The position numbers were made by a program, and so were the translations under genes. Below, piece after piece: positions 7,140 to 12,065 of a DNA stretch of 12,065 nt. Every line of letters begins with the position of its first letter. The stretch's first letter is position 1. The DNA comes from Promethearchaeota archaeon (lineage in GTDB: Archaea; Asgardarchaeota; Lokiarchaeia; Sigyniarchaeales; SOKP01). The stretch is taken from contig JBHLNT010000123.1 of NCBI GenBank assembly GCA_048941265.1, positions 1 through 12,065 on the forward strand, written 5' to 3'. The notes beneath the pieces are model-generated. The model worked only from the letters and a program-made list of their open reading frames with translations. It ran no database searches and was not told the origin of the DNA.

Positions 7140-8600
7140 ATGGCACGTCCGAGTCCATTAGATGTTTATGCTCTTCTTGACAAATCAAATTGTAAGGAGT
7201 GCGGGCGGAACACTTGCATGGAATTTGCAACCGATTTGCTTGAAAGAAAAGTACGGGTCCAAGACTGTACTCATTTAATGCAAGAACCTAAACAAGCAAA
7301 AAATCGCAATAAATTGATTCAAATTACGACCCCCCCTCAAAAACCCGTTAGAATTGGGGCAGGGGAAAATGAAATCGTTATTGGAGGCGAAGAGGTTCTT
7401 ATGCGCCACCAGCTTACTTATTATAATGAATCTGCTCTGTTCATTGAAGTACCAGATGATCTATCCGAATCTGATTTAGCTGATACGGTAAAATACTTGT
7501 CAGATTTAACGATTGAAAGAATAGGGGATGTATTAAAGATCAATGGTATCGCTTTGAGGTGTGTATCGGGGGATGCTGAAAAATTTAAAGCAGCTGCTGC
7601 CAAAATTGTAGAAGTTTCAAAACTTCCTGTGATGCTCTGTTGTTTTAATCCCGAAATATTATTAGCAGCTGCCGGAGAAATCAAAGATAAGAAACCACTA
7701 TTGTATGCCGCAACGAAAGATTCATGGGAACAAATCGGGACCTTTGCTGTCCAAAATAATTTGCCTATTGTAGCCACTTCGACAAAGTTAGATGAGTTAT
7801 TGTCTTTGAGTGCTACCTTACAAAAATTAGGAGTAAAAGAGCTTGTTTTGGATGCTGGAACCTTTTTTGGCCCCGGGAATTTAGCAGCAACTTATGACAA
7901 TATAATGCAGTTAAGGATTGCTGCAATTGATAAGGAAGATTCTAATGCCAGTTGGCCTGTAATGGGAGTTCCCGCTGCCTACTGGAGTCAAGTCGAAATA
8001 AAAAACAAAGATGAGTTATGGAGACACCAGTATCAAGAAGTTATCATGGGAGCAATTATGATTGCAATCGACACCTCCCTAATAGTTCTTCATACCGGAC
8101 AGAAAAAAGAAGATATATGGGCTTTATTAGCTTTAATGACAATGAGACAAACTGTATTTTCTGATCCGAGAATTTATCCTGCTGTTGATCCCGGACTATA
8201 TCAAATTGGAGAACCCGGACCTATGGCACCTATATTCGTTACTTCAAACTATCGTATGACTAAAATTCCAGTTGAACAAGATCTTAAAGGCGCAAATATC
8301 GATTGCTGGCTTTTAGTAGTGGATAGCGAAGGAATTGGAATAGAATCCGCAGTAGCTGGCGGTCAATTCAATGCGGGTGCTATTGCTGAAGCTGTAAAGG
8401 AATTTAAAGCATTTGAGAAGGTAGACCATCGAATATTAATTATCCCAGGCATGGCCGCTCGAGTAAGTGGGGCTCTTGAAGATGAGGCAGATGCGTGGGT
8501 TGTTGTAGGTCCAAGAGACAGTTCAGGTATTCTTAAATACATGGATTCTCAATGGAAACCTGAAGAATTCATGAAACAATACGAAGAACTGAAGGAATAA
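7140..8600 (+). CDS. cdhE: Acetyl-CoA decarbonylase/synthase gamma subunit (corrinoid Fe-S protein large subunit)
   Basis: N-terminal [4Fe-4S] motif CKECGRNTC...DC, IGGEEVLMRH, KPLLYAAT, QLRIAAI, FSDPR, V.PGLY.IGEP...PIFVTSNY, LLVVDSEGI..ESAVAGG, VDHRILIIPGMAA and VVVGPRDS, all characteristic of CdhE/AcsC. Confidence 0.93.
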   Translation: MARPSPLDVYALLDKSNCKECGRNTCMEFATDLLERKVRVQDCTHLMQEPKQAKNRNKLIQITTPPQKPVRIGAGENEIVIGGEEVLMRHQLTYYNESALFIEVPDDLSESDLADTVKYLSDLTIERIGDVLKINGIALRCVSGDAEKFKAAAAKIVEVSKLPVMLCCFNPEILLAAAGEIKDKKPLLYAATKDSWEQIGTFAVQNNLPIVATSTKLDELLSLSATLQKLGVKELVLDAGTFFGPGNLAATYDNIMQLRIAAIDKEDSNASWPVMGVPAAYWSQVEIKNKDELWRHQYQEVIMGAIMIAIDTSLIVLHTGQKKEDIWALLALMTMRQTVFSDPRIYPAVDPGLYQIGEPGPMAPIFVTSNYRMTKIPVEQDLKGANIDCWLLVVDSEGIGIESAVAGGQFNAGAIAEAVKEFKAFEKVDHRILIIPGMAARVSGALEDEADAWVVVGPRDSSGILKYMDSQWKPEEFMKQYEELKE

Positions 8601-8608
8601 AAAAGCGT

Positions 8609-8637
8609 TATTCTTTTTTTTATTTTATTTTTTTTGT
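8609..8637 (+). terminator. Oligo-T terminator-like tract after cdhE
   Basis: Long T tracts within 40 bp of the cdhE stop, in the spacer between convergent genes. Confidence 0.45.
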
Positions 8638-8656
8638 TGAGTTTAATTTAAAGGAT

Positions 8657-9319
8657 TTATATTTGAAAAAGAGAGTAGATTTTTTGCCTAGTAATCTCAG
8701 AAACATTATTTAGGATTAAATTTTTAACTTTCTTCTTATTAGATTTTAAATCTTCATGAGAGTGCATACCAGTAAGAACGCCAATAAAAGGGCATTTCAA
8801 CACCTCAGCTAATTCTCTATCATGTGGAGTATCTCCTATAATAACGAATTTAGACCCTTTGTATTTTTTCAGTAAATATTGAATTAACTTGGGATCTGAT
8901 TTACTTTTTCTTTGGTCAGTTTCTCCTAAGATAAAATCAAAATATTGGTCAATTTTTAAATAGTTTAATAAATTCTTCGCAATTTCTTCCTTTTTCGAAG
9001 TAACGACTCCTAAAGCAAACCATTTATTTAACTCTGAAAGGAGTTCCTTTACTCCCGGAAGTAATTTGACTTGATAAATACCCTTATGCACATAATATTC
9101 TCTGAATGCAGAACATAATGGGATTGGATCTAAATCAGTAACCTTACTAAACATTATGTCTAAAGGGGTCCCTATCATTTTCTCAATTTCTTTGTTAGCA
9201 AATTGAGGAAGATGATATTTTTCTAGCGCATAATTGAAAGATTTTATGATTCCTTCCCTGTTGTCGATAAGTGTAAAATCTAAATCAAAACTTAAAATAA
9301 TATTTTTTTGAGCATCCAT
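8657..9319 (-). CDS. HAD-superfamily hydrolase (phosphoglycolate phosphatase/Gph-like, subfamily IA)
   Basis: Motif I FDLDFTLID, LLPGVKELL, motif II VVTSK, motif III Lys (KSKSDP) and motif IV IGDTPHD. The likely start is ATG 9319 (or 9325/9328) rather than TTG 9361, because motif I is normally near the N-terminus. Confidence 0.88.
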   Translation of the reverse strand: MDAQKNIILSFDLDFTLIDNREGIIKSFNYALEKYHLPQFANKEIEKMIGTPLDIMFSKVTDLDPIPLCSAFREYYVHKGIYQVKLLPGVKELLSELNKWFALGVVTSKKEEIAKNLLNYLKIDQYFDFILGETDQRKSKSDPKLIQYLLKKYKGSKFVIIGDTPHDRELAEVLKCPFIGVLTGMHSHEDLKSNKKKVKNLILNNVSEITRQKIYSLFQI

Positions 9320-9388
9320 AATCATCATTTCTTGTATTGAAAAGTGGGGTATGTGTAGCAAAGATAAAAATAGAATATATTTAAAACT

Positions 9389-11029
9389 TCAAGATAACAT
9401 AGTTGCTCGTGGTTGTAAGTTTTTAAATAAGGATATGATATACAATATTTCCTCGGATCCCTCAATAATTCTTTTAATCCTATATGGAAAACTTTCTATT
9501 TCAACCCGTCTACCCTCAGAAACCCACTCTATAATCATTTGTATCATCTCTTTAAAAATGCTTACGGTTTTCCCCTCTGAATCAATTTCAGATATAATTT
9601 GCTTCGCTTTTTTTACTTTCCCGTTAAGAATGCTGGATAAAGAGGCTAATACATAAGAGTGAACAATATGAGAATATCCTATCTTTTTTAAATTTGCAGC
9701 TCTATAATAGTATTTGTAGACATTTCTGACCATCTCTCTCAAAAGAATATCTTGAGCGATATCTAATTGCTCGTAAAACTTAATACTTTCTAAAATTAAC
9801 GTAGCAGCTGTAAAAAATTGCTTACTTTTTAGACCTTCTTTTGCGATTTTATTTAATCCTCGTACTATTTGATTAAATATCCCAAATCGGTTAAATTCCA
9901 GATTTCCTTCTATTGCTGTATCGTAAGCATTCAAATAACTTTCAATAGACGGATTTAAATCTTCTATTTTCCAGTAATTATCCCCCGCTTTTACAAAATG
10001 CTTGTATGCCATTTCAAAATTGTGAAGCTCTTTAAATACATTAGCGGCATCAAGATAATTGATGGCAGCTCCAGAAAAATCTTCATCTTTTTCAGAGTAA
10101 TTACCTGCTAATACAAAACAAGATGCGCATTCTATCAAATTATTATTTATTTCTTGATAACATAAACCGGCGCCTCTAAAGTATCTAGCAATCTTTTGAA
10201 ACTGTTCCTCTTTTTTCTCAAGACTTTTCGCTAGATTGATATATGCTCCAGCTTCTTTTTTAGAATAATTGTAATATTGCTCATCATCATCTAAACTTTT
10301 GTACAAATTCTTTAAAATTTGACATATCTGAGCTAAGGCAATATAATTATTTTTCTCCTCGAATTCTTCAAATAAATTGGAGAAATAATCGATTCCATCT
10401 AAAATTATGTCTTTCGATTTATTATAATCATCCAGCTCTTCATAACAATATGCAATCTGCTGATAAGAGTAAGACAAGATATCAAAATAACTATAGATTT
10501 TTGCGAGTTCAATTACATTTTCATAAAAAACAATGGCATTCTTAAAATCAGAAACTCTTAAATATAATTCAGCTATATTTTGATAATTTTGAGAAAATTT
10601 TCTCATGTCTGAATTTCCAGTTTCAGGATCAGTAAAATCTGTTATAATGTTGATTTCTTGCGTCAAATATTCGATACTTTTTAAGATATTCTTATTTCTG
10701 GCTTTAATGTCATCAAATTTTTCTTCATATATATCGGCAATACGCAGATAAATCTCGGCTGTTTCATGTAGTTTTGCTTGCATTATAAAATCAGCAATGA
10801 CTTTTTCCCATAATTTTATATTTTGCTTATATAATTTAAGCGCATGGGAATAATCAAGTTCTTCTAATAATTCTGCGGCAGAATAAAGAAACTCTCCCGC
10901 CTCAAAAAAATCACCTTCAGTAGCAATCTCTTGTGATGCCTTAATCGATGATTCTACAAGCTGATGTATTGATTTATGTTTTTCTTTTGAATCCTCATTT
11001 TCCTGAAGTTTCTCTATCGATATTCGCAA
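9389..11029 (-). CDS. TPR/alpha-solenoid protein, alpha-SNAP (NSF attachment protein)-like repeats
   Basis: Repeated A-x-x-(Y/F)-x-x-A-(A/G) helices: EAGEFLYSAAE, KIARYFRGAGLCY, ECASCFVLAGNY, AAINYLDAANVF, AYKHFVKAGDNY. The start is uncertain, since the frame stays open and coding-like up to 11089. Confidence 0.8.
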   Translation of the reverse strand: MRISIEKLQENEDSKEKHKSIHQLVESSIKASQEIATEGDFFEAGEFLYSAAELLEELDYSHALKLYKQNIKLWEKVIADFIMQAKLHETAEIYLRIADIYEEKFDDIKARNKNILKSIEYLTQEINIITDFTDPETGNSDMRKFSQNYQNIAELYLRVSDFKNAIVFYENVIELAKIYSYFDILSYSYQQIAYCYEELDDYNKSKDIILDGIDYFSNLFEEFEEKNNYIALAQICQILKNLYKSLDDDEQYYNYSKKEAGAYINLAKSLEKKEEQFQKIARYFRGAGLCYQEINNNLIECASCFVLAGNYSEKDEDFSGAAINYLDAANVFKELHNFEMAYKHFVKAGDNYWKIEDLNPSIESYLNAYDTAIEGNLEFNRFGIFNQIVRGLNKIAKEGLKSKQFFTAATLILESIKFYEQLDIAQDILLREMVRNVYKYYYRAANLKKIGYSHIVHSYVLASLSSILNGKVKKAKQIISEIDSEGKTVSIFKEMIQMIIEWVSEGRRVEIESFPYRIKRIIEGSEEILYIISLFKNLQPRATMLS

Positions 11030-11341
11030 ATTCTCTAAGAAATCAGTATATTCTAAGTAATCCTCCTCATCTATAATCTCAAAATCAACTCAAGCTTACT
11101 TAATAATGATTATTAAAGATTAATTATGCATTAAAATTAAAGAACCAATAAAAAGAAATGGTTTTTCATTTTAAAATCACAAAATTTAATACGTATGGAT
11201 GTAATTATCACAAAAACCCATACTAGTTATGAATTTATTTATAAATTGCACTTATTGAAATAAGTATAAATGCTTAAAAGAACTAAGGACAATAAATATA
11301 AATATAAAAACTGTTTTATAATTATTAAATAGAAATAAAAT

Positions 11342-11346
11342 GAGGT
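11342..11346 (+). promoter_or_regulatory. Shine-Dalgarno site (GAGGT) of the ubiquitin-like gene
   Basis: TGAGGT-AAAAAA-ATG directly before 11353. Confidence 0.65.
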
Positions 11347-11352
11347 AAAAAA

Positions 11353-11562
11353 ATGAAACAAATTGCTGAATTGTTAGAAACCGGAATTTATGAAACCTTT
11401 ACCCCTGAGAAGACCATGACAGTTAAAGATCTTTTAGAGGAATTGAATCTGGAGGGAAAATATTTTGGAATCTTGGTGAACGGAAAGAAGGCCGACGAAG
11501 CCACGAAGATTTCCCCTGAGGATTCAATAGTTATCCTTCCACATATTGCCGGGGGCATGTAA
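11353..11562 (+). CDS. ThiS/MoaD/SAMP family ubiquitin-like (beta-grasp) protein
   Basis: 69 aa with TVKDLLEELNL, ILVNG and D.IVILPHIAGG, followed by one extra Met. Good SD upstream and a T-tract downstream. Confidence 0.9.
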   Translation: MKQIAELLETGIYETFTPEKTMTVKDLLEELNLEGKYFGILVNGKKADEATKISPEDSIVILPHIAGGM

Positions 11563-11574
11563 AGAACTAATAAA

Positions 11575-11597
11575 ATTTTTTTTTCCTCTCTTTTTTT
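11575..11597 (+). terminator. Oligo-T terminator-like tract after the ubiquitin-like gene
   Basis: A T10 run followed by CCTCTC and a T7 run, starting 12 bp after the stop. Confidence 0.45.
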
Positions 11598-11662
11598 AAT
11601 TTATAATTCAATACATAAAATTAATTTGATATTTGATTAAGAAAAATTAATCTATTAGCTTA

Positions 11663-12064
11663 TCAGAATTCGAGGGGAACTGTAAAATTGGAAGAACCTA
11701 AAATAGCTGTGCCAGGAGAGCCATGAGCATTTGGTTTTAATTTTTCTGGTTTATCAATAAATAAATATAATTTTGAATAAAGTCTGCTTTCAATATAAAT
11801 TTTGAAATCAATAATTTCATTTTTTATTAGAGTATATAACTCTCTTATTCTTGTTAAATCATCCTTGTCAAATTTACTTAAATCATCAAGGAGTTTTGTT
11901 TTAATCCTTAATCTTTATCCTTTTTTAATTTCTTCAAAGGTTGGGAAGTTTAATTCTCGCCCTATAATTATTTTTATGAAGTTTTTTGATAAATCCTCAG
12001 GTAATTCTTCTTTAATTAAATTCCATCCATTTAGATAAAAATAACCTACAGCAAAACTTGATGA
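11663..12064 (-). pseudogene. Degenerate PLD-like (HKD) nuclease domain, N-terminus of a PLD-helicase/restriction-type protein; 5' end outside the window
   Basis: Hand translation from 12064: SSSFAVGYFYLNGWNLIKEE...IKIIIGRE...EEIKKG*RLRIKTKLLDDL...FKIYIESRLYSKLYLFIDKP...SPGTAILGSSNFTVPLEF*. AVGYF, xKLYLF and AILGSSNFT are PLD-nuclease hallmarks. There is an in-frame TAA at 11917-11915, Tyr where the HxK His is expected (11779-11777), and a stop five codons after GSSNFT. Confidence 0.8.
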
Positions 12065-12065
12065 T

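Noticed and set aside
7421-7777. 118-aa ORF (-)
   Set aside because: Antisense shadow of cdhE.
9351-9656. 101-aa ORF (+)
   Set aside because: Antisense to the TPR gene 3' end, with no motifs.
11061-11070. ATGAGGAGGA as SD or start of the TPR gene
   Set aside because: The ATG is out of frame (MRRIT*) and GAGGAGG is over 30 nt from TTG 11029; it is better explained as Asp-Glu-Glu-Asp codons.
11664-11682. GTTCCCC-containing sequence as a CRISPR repeat or IS end
   Set aside because: Single occurrence, with no repeat-spacer periodicity, matching inverted repeat or transposase in the window.
11802-12038. 78-aa ORF (+)
   Set aside because: Antisense to the PLD-nuclease pseudogene, which carries the recognisable motifs.
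1-12065. tRNA, rRNA, CRISPR array or transposase
   Set aside because: No cloverleaf or T-loop GTTC(G/A)A context, rRNA-like segment, periodic repeats or transposase motifs were seen by eye.

Overview
AT-rich archaeal window whose gene content points to an Asgard archaeon, probably Lokiarchaeia (inferred, not searched). It carries three paralogous stand-alone 7-TM membrane proteins (<2-631 +, 2547-3290 -, 5616-6347 +) and two paralogous 135-aa longin-like proteins (5078-5485, 6491-6898) that sandwich the third 7-TM gene. Also present: a cytoplasmic gamma-glutamyltransferase, an ADP-forming acyl-CoA synthetase alpha subunit, an orphan CdhE/AcsC corrinoid Fe-S protein subunit, a HAD phosphatase, an alpha-SNAP-like TPR protein and a ThiS/MoaD/SAMP-type ubiquitin-like protein ending GG-M. 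Two features are missing from the ORF track: a decayed PLD-nuclease gene at the right edge and a GC-rich, extensively self-complementary ~100-bp element between convergent genes at 671-773. The best candidate for an undescribed system is the longin / 7-TM / longin cassette, a possible receptor-to-small-GTPase or trafficking signalling module.
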